Of a stretch of 29,586 nt of DNA, positions 16,110 through 24,810 are shown piece after piece (the first letter of the stretch is position 1; each line of letters opens with the position of its first letter). A model generated the notes under the pieces. It did no database searches. It had not been told where the DNA came from and worked only from the letters and a program-made list of their open reading frames with translations. Both the position numbers and the translations under genes were made by a program. Source of the DNA: Candidatus Iainarchaeum sp. (lineage in GTDB: Archaea > Iainarchaeota > Iainarchaeia > Iainarchaeales > DTGL01). The DNA is taken from contig JAVYME010000010.1 in assembly GCA_038736825.1 (NCBI GenBank), positions 1-29,586 on the forward strand, in the 5' to 3' direction.

Positions 16110-16649
16110 CTAGAGCGCCATCATTGCCTGCCTTTCGATTGCAAGGGCTTCAATTGCCTTTTCTTTAGGCAAATGCTTTAAGGCAAAAAGCTCTTTTTCG
16201 GAAATGCAAAACTGTTTTTGGAACACTTCAAGGTTTTTCCTGAAATTTTTTCCAATAATTCCCTTTTTTTCCTTAAAGCCAAGCCTTTTTGCGATTTCAA
16301 GGCATTCTTTTAATTTTTTTTTGTCCTTTGCAGCAACAACCAAAAGACAGCCTTTTTCAGTTCTGGCTGCCTGCATTATGGCTTTTTCCAGTTGCAGAGT
16401 GCAATAAAGCCATAAAAGGAACAACAAGCCCTTGTTTTTGGTTTTTCCAATGCTTTTACTGCAAAGAGTGTTTTCCAAAGCACTCCTTGCAAAAGAAAGC
16501 GATGGAACACCCTCAATCGAACAGCATTGCAGAAAACCACTGCCGCCTGCAAGCAAACCAGTTCCCTTTTTAATTATTGCTTGCGAATTATTGGTAGGGA
16601 TTGTTCCCTCAAGCAATATTGCTTTGAATTTTCCAATTTCTAAAAGCAT
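16110..16649 (-). CDS. Hypothetical protein (weak, unverified resemblance to TYW3/Taw3-type proteins)
   Basis: The ORF is open to 16859, but that extension overlaps rps8e on the other strand and is hydrophobic junk. The ATG at 16649 gives 179 aa. ...CLLVVAAKDKKKLKECLEIAKRLGFKEKKGII is vaguely like the TYW3 ILHV.C.dle.A..Ll..A...GFk.SGI block. The assignment is not secure. Confidence 0.35.
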   Translation of the reverse strand: MLLEIGKFKAILLEGTIPTNNSQAIIKKGTGLLAGGSGFLQCCSIEGVPSLSFARSALENTLCSKSIGKTKNKGLLFLLWLYCTLQLEKAIMQAARTEKGCLLVVAAKDKKKLKECLEIAKRLGFKEKKGIIGKNFRKNLEVFQKQFCISEKELFALKHLPKEKAIEALAIERQAMMAL

Positions 16650-16696
16650 TAAAGAGTTGGAGAATAAAGGTTTTTTCAAACTTTGCAGGTGAAAGA

Positions 16697-17122
16697 ATGA
16701 CTGAATGGCATTTGAAGTCCAGGAGAAAAAAAACCGGCGGAATAAGGCATTCAAGGAACCGTTGCGACAAAAAACTGGCATGGATGGGGGGCCCTGCAGC
16801 ACTAACCCAGATTTCCAGCAAAGAAGAAAAAAAAGTGCTTCCGGGAAGAGGCAAAACAAAAAAAGTAAAGCTCACCAAAACACCCTTTGCGCTTGTTTCC
16901 GACAAAGGCAGGACAGTCAAAGCAAAAGTGGTGAATGTCAAGGAAAACTCGGCTGACAGGCATTTTGCGAGAAGACAGGTAATGACAAAAGGCGCTCTGA
17001 TAGAGGTTGAAATTGAAGGCCAAAAAAAGCTTGCAAGAGTGACAAGCCGACCTGGACAGCAAGGGGAAGTCCAAGCAATACTGGTTTCAGAAAAAACTGA
17101 AAACATTCAAAAAAGCAGTTAA
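16697..17122 (+). CDS. rps8e: 30S ribosomal protein S8e (eS8)
   Basis: W.LKSRRKKTGG near the N-terminus, then ...NSADRHFARRQVMTKGALIEVE...KLARVTSRPGQQGEVQAILV, which is the eS8 signature RVTSRPGQDG. Confidence 0.9.
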   Translation: MTEWHLKSRRKKTGGIRHSRNRCDKKLAWMGGPAALTQISSKEEKKVLPGRGKTKKVKLTKTPFALVSDKGRTVKAKVVNVKENSADRHFARRQVMTKGALIEVEIEGQKKLARVTSRPGQQGEVQAILVSEKTENIQKSS

Positions 17123-17158
17123 GGGTTCAAAAGCCTTAACTTCCAAAAAACTGCTTTT
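17111..17158 (+). terminator. Bipartite hairpin spanning the rps8e stop codon, followed by a T-run
   Basis: aaaagcag (17111-17118) pairs with ctgctttt (17151-17158). ttaagg (17119-17124) pairs with ccttaa (17134-17139). The loop is 9 nt, with an 11-nt bulge on the 3' arm. Confidence 0.4.
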
Positions 17159-17198
17159 GAAAGCAATAAAAAGCCAGATTTCACTCTTTTTTAAAACC

Positions 17199-17248
17199 AG
17201 CCCTCGCATGCAATTGAACCGAAAGATTTAAATAATTGCAGGAGGGCT
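17199..17248. promoter_or_regulatory. Interrupted palindrome enclosing a TATA-like box upstream of tfb
   Basis: agccctc (17199-17205) pairs with gagggct (17242-17248), and gcaatt (17210-17215) with aattgc (17234-17239). tttaaata lies in the centre, and a second TATA-like ttaatattataaa lies at about 17250-17262. Confidence 0.35.
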
Positions 17249-17338
17249 ATTAATATTATAAAGATATGCTTTTTTTCTGGTTTTTTTGATTTTGTGGGGA
17301 GAGTTCAATTTACTGTTTGAAAAGGGAAGGGTGGTTTG

Positions 17339-18247
17339 ATGGAAACACGTAAATGCCCAGAATGTGGTTCTGAAAAAATAATAAAAGACGAAGCAAGAGG
17401 CGAAATAATTTGCAAAAAATGCGGTTTAGTCATAACCGACGACCTGATTGACACAGGCAAGGAATGGAGATCCTTTGATTCAGACCAATTCGAAAAAAGA
17501 GCGCGCACAGGCAGCCCAAAAAAATACGTCAAGTTGAACAAAGGCCTTGTGACAATGATTGACAGAAAAGGCCGCGACTTGAGGGGCAACAGGCTTTCAA
17601 GCAAAAGCAAGGCCCAGATGTACAGGCTGATAAAATGGCACAAGAGAGCCTCTGTCAGCTCTTCAATGGAAAGAAACCTGAGCATTGCGCTTACAGAAAT
17701 GAGAAGGGTGGCTTCCTATTTGAACATTCCAGAATCACTTGTGGAGGCAGCTGCATTGCTTTACAGGAAAACCGTGGAAAAAGGCTTGATAAGGGGGCGC
17801 CTTATTGAAGCGGTTGTTTCAGCAATCCTGTACACTGTTTGCCGCACATACCATGTGCCAAGAACATTGAACGAAATGGCTGAAGCCTCAGGTCTCACAA
17901 AAAAAGAAATAGGGCGCACTTACCGTTTCTTGGTGAGAGAATTAAAGCTTGATGTTCCGCTCACAAACCCAATACACTACATTCCAAGGTTTGCCTCAGA
18001 ATTAAACCTTAGCGGTGAAGTTCAAGAGAAAGGCAGGGAAATAATCAAAAAAGCAATAGACCAAGGGCTTATAAGCGGGCGCGGCCCAACAGGGGTTGCT
18101 GCAGCAGCAGTTTATATTGCCGGGCTCTTGAAGGGCGAGAGAAGAACCCAGAAAGAGGTAGCCAATGTTGCCGGCGTTACAGAAGTGACAATCAGGAACA
18201 GGTACAGAGAACTCAAAAAAGAGCTTGACATTGAAGTTGCGGCTTAA
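17339..18247 (+). CDS. tfb: Transcription initiation factor IIB (TFB)
   Basis: N-terminal Zn ribbon CPECGS...IICKKCGLVI, B-reader/linker EWRSF, and two cyclin-fold repeats ending in ...EVANVAGVTEVTIRNRYREL. Confidence 0.95.
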   Translation: METRKCPECGSEKIIKDEARGEIICKKCGLVITDDLIDTGKEWRSFDSDQFEKRARTGSPKKYVKLNKGLVTMIDRKGRDLRGNRLSSKSKAQMYRLIKWHKRASVSSSMERNLSIALTEMRRVASYLNIPESLVEAAALLYRKTVEKGLIRGRLIEAVVSAILYTVCRTYHVPRTLNEMAEASGLTKKEIGRTYRFLVRELKLDVPLTNPIHYIPRFASELNLSGEVQEKGREIIKKAIDQGLISGRGPTGVAAAAVYIAGLLKGERRTQKEVANVAGVTEVTIRNRYRELKKELDIEVAA

Positions 18248-18310
18248 GGCAAGCCGCAGTTTTTTTTCTATTGCATTAATTTTTTAATCTGATTTTTACA
18301 GCAATATTTC

Positions 18311-18619
18311 ATGAAATTAAAGGAAAGCGACGAGCAGAGAAAGCAAATACTTGCGCGCTTGAAAAGAAACTGCCTTCTTTGCACTGCCAGAAGGGGAATA
18401 GATGCAAGGGACAAAGAAAAAAAGGCTGTCCTTGAAGACCTTGAAGAATTGAAAAAAACCTATGAATTCCTTTACGACGAATACCGTAAGAAAAACAAGA
18501 GCGGGGACGAAATCCAGGCAATGCTGTACAATAAAAGGGTTTGCATGGATGCCCTTGAAATCTGTGGCAAGTGCGAAAGAGAGCTTGAAACAGTGAGCAG
18601 GTTCCTTTCAAGCAACTAA
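18311..18619 (+). CDS. Hypothetical small protein with two CxxC pairs (possible Zn-binding) and a charged helical middle
   Basis: NCLLCTA and ICGKCE motifs flank a Lys/Glu-rich segment. The overlapping minus-strand ORF (18309-18779) is Cys/Phe-rich junk and runs into rpl35ae. Confidence 0.5.
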   Translation: MKLKESDEQRKQILARLKRNCLLCTARRGIDARDKEKKAVLEDLEELKKTYEFLYDEYRKKNKSGDEIQAMLYNKRVCMDALEICGKCERELETVSRFLSSN

Positions 18620-18735
18620 AAAAATAAAAAAAGCACTCTAGCCCTGTTGCCAGCGCAATTGAACAAATCCAGGAAAGCGCTTTAAAGCAAGTTAAACAAA
18701 CACTTGCCTTTTTTCCATTCACTTGCAAGCCAAGA

Positions 18736-19074
18736 CTATTTTTTGCTTTCAGGCTTTTCTTTGCCTGCCTTTTTTGCAACAGGCTTTAGTTCAGGTTGAA
18801 CTTTGCCTTTTTGAGGCCTAATTATTTCAACCTTTTCCCCAATGCATTGCCCGGGCATGCCCTTTGAAAACATTGCCCTGACAGCGCCATTGCTGCCATG
18901 GGCTGCAGTGATTTTGCCAATAAAAATTTTGCCAGCCGAGTTTTTCCATTTCACTTTGCAGCCTACAAGGCTGGCTGCCTTGTACTTGTCAGTTATGCCG
19001 TTTGGCTCTATCACAAGCTGCCTTTCATTAACATGTTTTCTTCCCCTGCGATAATTCTTTACAATGCCTTCCAT
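18736..19074 (-). CDS. rpl35ae: 50S ribosomal protein L35Ae (eL33) with a Lys-rich C-terminal tail
   Basis: MEGIVKNYRRGRKHVNERQLVIE....AASLVGCKVKWKN.AGK.FIGKITAAHGSNGAVRAMFSKGMPGQCIGEKVEI follows the eL33 consensus (..HG..G.vRA.F..glPg.a.G..v). Confidence 0.85.
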   Translation of the reverse strand: MEGIVKNYRRGRKHVNERQLVIEPNGITDKYKAASLVGCKVKWKNSAGKIFIGKITAAHGSNGAVRAMFSKGMPGQCIGEKVEIIRPQKGKVQPELKPVAKKAGKEKPESKK

Positions 19075-19171
19075 GCTTTCACCTAAAACTTTAAAAGAAA
19101 AGTATCCCAAAAAACAGGATAAATAATAACGTTGTTGAATGTTTTTATTCCTTTCCTATACGCTTTATTTC

Positions 19172-19822
19172 ATGCTTGTGGCAGGCGTTGACGAGGCAGG
19201 CAGGGGGCCAGCACTGGGTCCAATGGCTTTAGCCTTGGTTGTAGCCACAAAAGAACAAGAAGAACTGCTTTTGGGAATGGGGGTTAGGGATTCAAAGGAA
19301 TTGCAGCCAAAGGAAAGGGAAAGGCTTGAAAAAAAAATACTGGATTGCATTGAAGAATACAGGATTGTTTTGGTGGAGCCAAAAGAGCTTGATGCCTTAA
19401 TGGAGCGAAAATCTTTGAACGAAATAGAGGCAATGAGGATTGCTGAAATGCTTAATTCCTTGAACTCCTGCCCTGAAATTGTTTTTGTGGATTCCCCTGA
19501 CATTATAGAGAGAAATTTTGCCAAGAGAATCAAAAAATACTGCAGCAAAAGCGTTTTAATCCGTGCAGAGCATTTTGCTGACAAAAACTATGCGGTTGTT
19601 TCAGCGGCAAGCATTCTTGCAAAAACTGCAAGGGATAGGGCGATTGAAATGCTTAAAAGAGAGTTTGGTGAAATCGGTTCAGGTTATTCCAGTGACCCCA
19701 TTACAATTGAATTCTTGCAAAAATGGGTTAAGGAAAAAGGCTCGCTTCCGCCTATTGCGCGCAAGAACTGGGAAACCAGCAAAAGGGAATTGGACAAAAA
19801 ATTCCAGACAAGGCTTTCTTGA
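19172..19822 (+). CDS. rnhB: Ribonuclease HII
   Basis: MLVAGVDEAGRGPALGPMALA contains the DEAGRG catalytic motif. ...VDSPD... and ADKNYAVVSAASILAKTARD are typical RNase HII blocks. Confidence 0.9.
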   Translation: MLVAGVDEAGRGPALGPMALALVVATKEQEELLLGMGVRDSKELQPKERERLEKKILDCIEEYRIVLVEPKELDALMERKSLNEIEAMRIAEMLNSLNSCPEIVFVDSPDIIERNFAKRIKKYCSKSVLIRAEHFADKNYAVVSAASILAKTARDRAIEMLKREFGEIGSGYSSDPITIEFLQKWVKEKGSLPPIARKNWETSKRELDKKFQTRLS

Positions 19823-19827
19823 AGGCT

Positions 19828-21225
19828 TTACTGTTTTTCTTTTCTCCATTTGACTCCTTCAGGAGTGTCAAGCAAAATTATGCCTTTTGCTTTCAATTCT
19901 TCCCTGATTTTGTCAGCTTCAGCGAATTTTTTTTCTTTTCGCAATCGCTCTCTTTCAGCTATTTTGCTTTCTATTTCACTGTCAAGGCTTTCTTGGATGT
20001 CAAAAGAAAAAACCTCAAAAATGGAATTGATTTCTTTTAGGAAAGAAATGGCTTTTTCTGCCTCTTTTCTGCCAACTTTGCCGGCAGCAATGAGTTTGTT
20101 CATTTCGGATTCAAATGCAAAAATTGCACTCCAAGCGTTTGGAAAATTGAAGTCATCATCCATTTCTTTCAAGAAATTGTTTTTTGCCTTTTCAATTGCC
20201 CTTTCAACTGCTGCTGGACTGCCTTGCTCTGTGCTAATTTCCTGCAATCGCCTGATGAATTCGTTGAATTTTTTGAGGGTTACAGTGTATTTCTGCATTT
20301 CTTTTTTTGAAAAATTTATCCTGCTCTTGTAATGGGTTGAAGCAATGAAAAAGCGAAAAGAGGCTGCATCAAACTCTTTCAAGAGTTCTGGAATTGTTAT
20401 GAAATTACCCAAAGACTTGCTCATTTTTTGGCCTTCCACGTTCAAAAAACCAGTGTGCAGCCAGTATTTCACGAAAGGCTTTTTATCAAAAGCCGCCTCG
20501 CTTTGAGCAATCTCGTTTTCGTGGTGTGGAAAAACCAAGTCCATGGCTCCACCGTGAATGTCCACTGGCAAGCCCAAATGCCTTGAACTCATTGCAGAGC
20601 ACTCTATGTGCCAGCCAGGCCTGCCTTTGCCCCAAGGCGAATCCCAGGATGGCTCGCCTGGTTTTTCTTTTTTCCAGAGAGCAAAGTCTTGCGCTTGCTT
20701 TTTTTCATATTTGTCTGTTTCAACCCTTGTGCCGGTTTTTCCTTTTTTGTGCTTGATGCCGCTCAACAAGCCATAGCTTTCAAATTTTTCCACGTCAAAG
20801 TAAACGCCGTCCTCTGTTTCATAAGCAAAGCCTTTTTCTTGGAGTTTTTTGATTGCTTCAATTATTGCGGGAATTTCTTGTGTGACTCGCGGGTTTGCAT
20901 CAGCAGGCTTTATGTGCAAAGCCTTCATGTCTTCAAAGAAAAGCCTTATGTTTCTTTCACCCAGCTCGAAAATGGTTGTGTTTTCCTCGTTGGCTCTTTT
21001 AATCATGTCATCATGGACGTCAGTGATGTTCATTACAAATTTTACCTTGAAACCGCGGAATTCAAGGTATCTGCGAATAATGTCAAAGGCAATGTAAGTG
21101 CGCGCGTGACCAATGTGGGCTGGCCCGTAAACAGTTGGACCGCATACATACATGCGCACTTTTCCTGGTTCTACTGGTTTGAATTCCTCTTTTTTTCCGC
21201 CCAGTGTGTTGAAAACTTTTAGCAT
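19828..21225 (-). CDS. cysS: Cysteinyl-tRNA synthetase
   Basis: YVCGPTVYGPAHIGHARTY (HIGH), GWHIECSAM, DIHGGAMDLVFPHHENE and KMSKSLGN (KMSKS). Confidence 0.95.
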   Translation of the reverse strand: MLKVFNTLGGKKEEFKPVEPGKVRMYVCGPTVYGPAHIGHARTYIAFDIIRRYLEFRGFKVKFVMNITDVHDDMIKRANEENTTIFELGERNIRLFFEDMKALHIKPADANPRVTQEIPAIIEAIKKLQEKGFAYETEDGVYFDVEKFESYGLLSGIKHKKGKTGTRVETDKYEKKQAQDFALWKKEKPGEPSWDSPWGKGRPGWHIECSAMSSRHLGLPVDIHGGAMDLVFPHHENEIAQSEAAFDKKPFVKYWLHTGFLNVEGQKMSKSLGNFITIPELLKEFDAASFRFFIASTHYKSRINFSKKEMQKYTVTLKKFNEFIRRLQEISTEQGSPAAVERAIEKAKNNFLKEMDDDFNFPNAWSAIFAFESEMNKLIAAGKVGRKEAEKAISFLKEINSIFEVFSFDIQESLDSEIESKIAERERLRKEKKFAEADKIREELKAKGIILLDTPEGVKWRKEKQ

Positions 21226-21238
21226 TGAAGACAGCCTT

Positions 21239-22636
21239 TTAAAGCTTTAATCGTTTTTTCCAGTAAGCGCAAACCTTGGCTGTTTTTTTTGCAGAGATTC
21301 CAGTGTAAAGCTCTGGCTTTTCCAGAATATTTTTTTCTTTTTTTGAAAAATTTGCAATAAACGGGGCAAGCGCTGGAGTGGACAGCGCTTCTGATAGGAC
21401 TGTTGAATTGTTTTCTATTGCTTTTAATGCGATTCTTCTGGCGGCTTCGTGGGCGTTGGGGTGCCCGTGTTTTGCCAAGAGAACATACAATGGTTCTGCA
21501 GTCAGAGAGCTTTTTGCAATTTCAAGGTTTTCTTTCATTTTTTTTCTGTTCACTTGCAGAGTGCTTATTGTTTGCTCCATTTTTTCACTAGCAATTGCTA
21601 GTGCCACAAAGGTTTCTTGGTAAAAGCGGGCTGAGGCTGAATTTGTCAGGTCGCGCTGGTGTTCGCTTATTTGGTCCATGTAGAGCACTATTGCGTGCGG
21701 CATGAATTCTTTCCAAAGGCTTTTAATGTTTTCAAAGGTTATAGGGTTTCTTTTTTGCGGCATTGTGGAGGAACCAACCTGGTTTTCGCCAAAGGCTTCT
21801 GAGACTTCAGAGATTTCGCTTCTCTGCAAGTGCCTTAAATCGTCAGCAAGATTGGCGATTACTCCAAAAGCAGAAATTATTGCGTGCTCTAAGTCAAGCA
21901 TTGGTTCTCTGGGTGCAATCTGGGTTGAATGCCTTGCACTCTTAAGCCCAAGCCTTTTCATTAGTGTTTCCTCGATTGCTTCAGGGTTTGAGTGCACAAG
22001 CAACAATGCATTGTATGCGCCGACTGCACCGCTTGCTTTTCCAACAAGGTTTTCTTTTGCTTTTTCAATTGCTTCAATTCTTTCTCCAAGTCGTTCAACA
22101 AATTCCGCCATTGCAAAGCCAAAGGTTATGGGTTCAGCGAACTGTCCGTGAGTGCGCCCTATTTGGAGAGTGTTTTTTTCCTGCATTGCCAGCAGTATTA
22201 GTGATTTTTCCAGTGCTTTGAGTTTGGGCAGAATGGCTTTTTCGGTTCCTTTTTTGAATCGCAATGCGTTGGCAGTGTCCACTGTGTCATAGCTTGTAAG
22301 CCCCAAGTGAACAAACGGTTTTTCTTTTTCTCCAAGGTTTGCGCAAATACAGTTAACCAATGCCTTTATGTCGTGTTTTACTTTTTCCTCTTCAATGTAA
22401 ACATCCTCTGGCTTCACTCTCAATGCAGCGCTAGCGATTTTTTCAGCCATTTTTCTTGAAATCAAGTGGTGGTCTGCAAGGGTTTTTGCGTATTCTGCTT
22501 CAACCAATGCTTGAAACCTGATTTTGGCGCTTTCAGAGAAAAAGGCGGATAATTCCCTTACAAGCCTTTTGTTTCTGCCATAATAGCGGTAATCCAAAGG
22601 GCTAACACAGTCAAACAAGTCAATGGTTTCGCTCAT
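21239..22636 (-). CDS. purB: Adenylosuccinate lyase
   Basis: SPLDYRYYG at the N-terminus. GSSTMPQKRNP is the fumarate-lyase superfamily signature. The stop lies 13 nt before the cysS start. Confidence 0.95.
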   Translation of the reverse strand: MSETIDLFDCVSPLDYRYYGRNKRLVRELSAFFSESAKIRFQALVEAEYAKTLADHHLISRKMAEKIASAALRVKPEDVYIEEEKVKHDIKALVNCICANLGEKEKPFVHLGLTSYDTVDTANALRFKKGTEKAILPKLKALEKSLILLAMQEKNTLQIGRTHGQFAEPITFGFAMAEFVERLGERIEAIEKAKENLVGKASGAVGAYNALLLVHSNPEAIEETLMKRLGLKSARHSTQIAPREPMLDLEHAIISAFGVIANLADDLRHLQRSEISEVSEAFGENQVGSSTMPQKRNPITFENIKSLWKEFMPHAIVLYMDQISEHQRDLTNSASARFYQETFVALAIASEKMEQTISTLQVNRKKMKENLEIAKSSLTAEPLYVLLAKHGHPNAHEAARRIALKAIENNSTVLSEALSTPALAPFIANFSKKEKNILEKPELYTGISAKKTAKVCAYWKKRLKL

Positions 22637-22780
22637 GAATGCTCCCTAATAATAGCGCCAAAGAAATATAAATTAGTTTGCCTGCTCTGGCTTTTGCCTG
22701 TTAAGCCGTTAATGGTTTTTTTGAATGCGTGTTGTTTTAAAGGCATAAGAATTTATTTGCGCTCCCACAAAAATATTCTT

Positions 22781-24034
22781 ATGGATTCCAAAGCAGAGGA
22801 ATTGCTTGCCTCTTTTGACTTGCACAGGGTTGACTTGGGCTTGGAAAGAATAAAGGCTTTCTTGAAAGAGCAAGGCAATCCTGAAAAGGATTTAAACTAT
22901 GTTCATGTAACTGGAACCAATGGAAAGGGTTCCACGAGCGCTTTTATTGCTTCAGCGCTAAAAGAAGAGGGTTTCAAGACAGGGCTTTATTTGAGCCCGC
23001 ACTTGAAGAGTTTTGGGGAAAGAATTCAAATAAATGGCGAGCAAATTAATGAAAAAGAATTGGAAAAACTGGTTTTGGAAGCAGGCGAACTCAAAAAAAA
23101 GACAGGCATTGACTTGTCCTATTTTGAATTCATTACAGCGATTGCCTTCAAGCATTTTTCTGAAAAAAAATGCGATTTTGTGGTTTTAGAGGTTGGAATG
23201 GGTGGCAGGCTTGATGCCACAAACGTTGTTGTCCCAAAAGCCAGTGTTATCACTCCAATAAGCATAGAGCATTCAAGGCATTTGGGTGACACTATTGGAA
23301 AAATTGCAGTGGAAAAAGCCGGCATAATAAAAGAGGGCGTGCCAGTGGTTAGTGCCTTTCAAGAAAAGGAAGCCTTGGAAGTAATTGAAAAAAAATGCAA
23401 GGAATTGAATGCTTGGCTGTCCCTTGCTTCAAGGGATTTTTCACATATCAGGCGCTCTTCAAGCCTTGAATTGCAAGAATTTGATTACATTTCGCAAGAA
23501 AACGAATTCAAGGGCTTAAAGATAAGGCTGGCTGGAAGGCACCAGTTTGTGAATGCAGCTGTTGCAACAAGGGTTATGGAAATTTTAAAGTTAAGCGAAA
23601 AAGCCATAAGAAAGGGCTTGGAAAAAGCGTTCATTCCAGGGCGCTTGCAAGTAATAAAAACCAAGCCACTGGTTTTAATAGATGTTGCCCACAATCCGGG
23701 GGCTGCAAAAATCCTAAAGGAAGCTTTAAGGGAATTGTTTCCAGAACAAAAAGCACTTTTTGTTTTAGGGGTTTCTGAAGACAAGGACATAAACGGCATT
23801 GTTTCAGAGCTCGCCTTTGTCGCAGAATCCTTTGTTTGCACTCAAGCAAAGTTTAGGGGAATGAACGCTGAAAAAATAAGGCTTTCAATTCTAGAAAACG
23901 GTTTCACTGGAGAAATTAAAGTTGAACCAGAAGTCAAAAACGCTGTACTATTCGCTCTCTCTAAAAAAAAGCCCTTGACAGTATTCACAGGCTCTTTTTT
24001 CAGCGTGAGCGAGGCATTACAGGCAATGGAATGA
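22781..24034 (+). CDS. folC: Folylpolyglutamate synthase / dihydrofolate synthase
   Basis: VHVTGTNGKGSTSAFIASAL (Mur-ligase P-loop), EVGMGGRLDATNVV and IDVAHNPGAA. I use the ATG at 22781; the upstream track extension begins at a non-ATG codon. Confidence 0.9.
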   Translation: MDSKAEELLASFDLHRVDLGLERIKAFLKEQGNPEKDLNYVHVTGTNGKGSTSAFIASALKEEGFKTGLYLSPHLKSFGERIQINGEQINEKELEKLVLEAGELKKKTGIDLSYFEFITAIAFKHFSEKKCDFVVLEVGMGGRLDATNVVVPKASVITPISIEHSRHLGDTIGKIAVEKAGIIKEGVPVVSAFQEKEALEVIEKKCKELNAWLSLASRDFSHIRRSSSLELQEFDYISQENEFKGLKIRLAGRHQFVNAAVATRVMEILKLSEKAIRKGLEKAFIPGRLQVIKTKPLVLIDVAHNPGAAKILKEALRELFPEQKALFVLGVSEDKDINGIVSELAFVAESFVCTQAKFRGMNAEKIRLSILENGFTGEIKVEPEVKNAVLFALSKKKPLTVFTGSFFSVSEALQAME

Positions 24035-24119
24035 GTTTTTTTTTGCAAAAATTGAACCCAAACCCTTAAAAACAAAACCCGCTCTTATTTATTGAATTCA
24101 GTGTTTAGGGGGGCTTTAA

Positions 24120-24806
24120 ATGAAGGTTTTTGGTTTTTTTGACGGAAAAAAGGCAGCCTTTATTGCAATATTTGCAGTTCTTTCTTTTGTTTTTGCAGGA
24201 ATAAACTTTTCACCATTGCTTGGAGCGCAAAACCAGTCTTTCACTTATTTCCAGTTTTTTGCTCCAACAACTGGCTTTTTTTTGGGTCCACTTGCTGGCG
24301 CAATTAGCGTTCTTGCAGCCCAAAGTGCAATGCTGGTTTCAAAAGGCGATTTTTCTTGGTTCAGCATTGCAAGGCTGTTGCCAATGCTTTTTGCAGCATA
24401 CTATTTTGGAGCAAAGAACCGGAAGACAATTGCATTTATTCCAATTGCCTGCATGGCTTTTTTTATTGCCCACCCAGTGGGAATGCAGTCATGGTTTTAC
24501 ACTTTGTTCTGGTTAATTCCACTGGCGGCTGCACTGCGCAAGGAAAACCTTTTCCTTAAAAGCCTTGGAGCCACTTTTACAGCGCACGCAATTGGCGCTA
24601 CAGCCTTCATTTACTTGGTTCCAAGCACGCCTGCATTGTGGGCAATGCTTGTGCCAGTCACTGCAATTGAAAGGTTTGTTTTCGCTTGCGGCATTTCCCT
24701 TTCCTTTATTGCATTCAATACAGTGCTTTCATGGATTGAGGAAAAAATGCCCTTAAAGCACATAAACTTGGACAAAAGCCATGTGGTGAAACTAAGTGCC
24801 CAATAA
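24120..24806 (+). CDS. Hypothetical multi-pass membrane protein (about 6 TM) embedded in the folate gene cluster
   Basis: 228 aa with hydrophobic helices throughout (AAFIAIFAVLSFVFAG, GFFLGPLAGAISVLAAQ, LLPMLFAAYYFG, IAFIPIACMAFFIA, WFYTLFWLIPLAAAL, ATAFIYLV..., FVFACGISLSFIAFN). No family recognised. Confidence 0.6.
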   Translation: MKVFGFFDGKKAAFIAIFAVLSFVFAGINFSPLLGAQNQSFTYFQFFAPTTGFFLGPLAGAISVLAAQSAMLVSKGDFSWFSIARLLPMLFAAYYFGAKNRKTIAFIPIACMAFFIAHPVGMQSWFYTLFWLIPLAAALRKENLFLKSLGATFTAHAIGATAFIYLVPSTPALWAMLVPVTAIERFVFACGISLSFIAFNTVLSWIEEKMPLKHINLDKSHVVKLSAQ

Positions 24807-24810
24807 CAAA

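Noticed and set aside
16609-17106. 165-aa minus-strand ORF covering rps8e
   Set aside because: The plus strand encodes a clear eS8 (RVTSRPGQQG signature). The minus-strand product is hydrophobic low-complexity sequence.
18309-18779. 156-aa minus-strand ORF overlapping the small CxxC protein gene and the 3' end of rpl35ae
   Set aside because: It has a Cys/Phe-rich implausible sequence and runs in a different frame through the rpl35ae tail. The plus-strand 102-aa product looks protein-like.
19165-22221. Antisense ORFs of 139-204 aa opposite rnhB, cysS and purB (19165-19584, 19850-20332, 20608-21222, 21702-22151, others)
   Set aside because: Same reasoning as for the ORFs antisense to nadD-ogt, nadE and rbcL: implausible composition, no start-site context, and full overlap with confidently identified genes.
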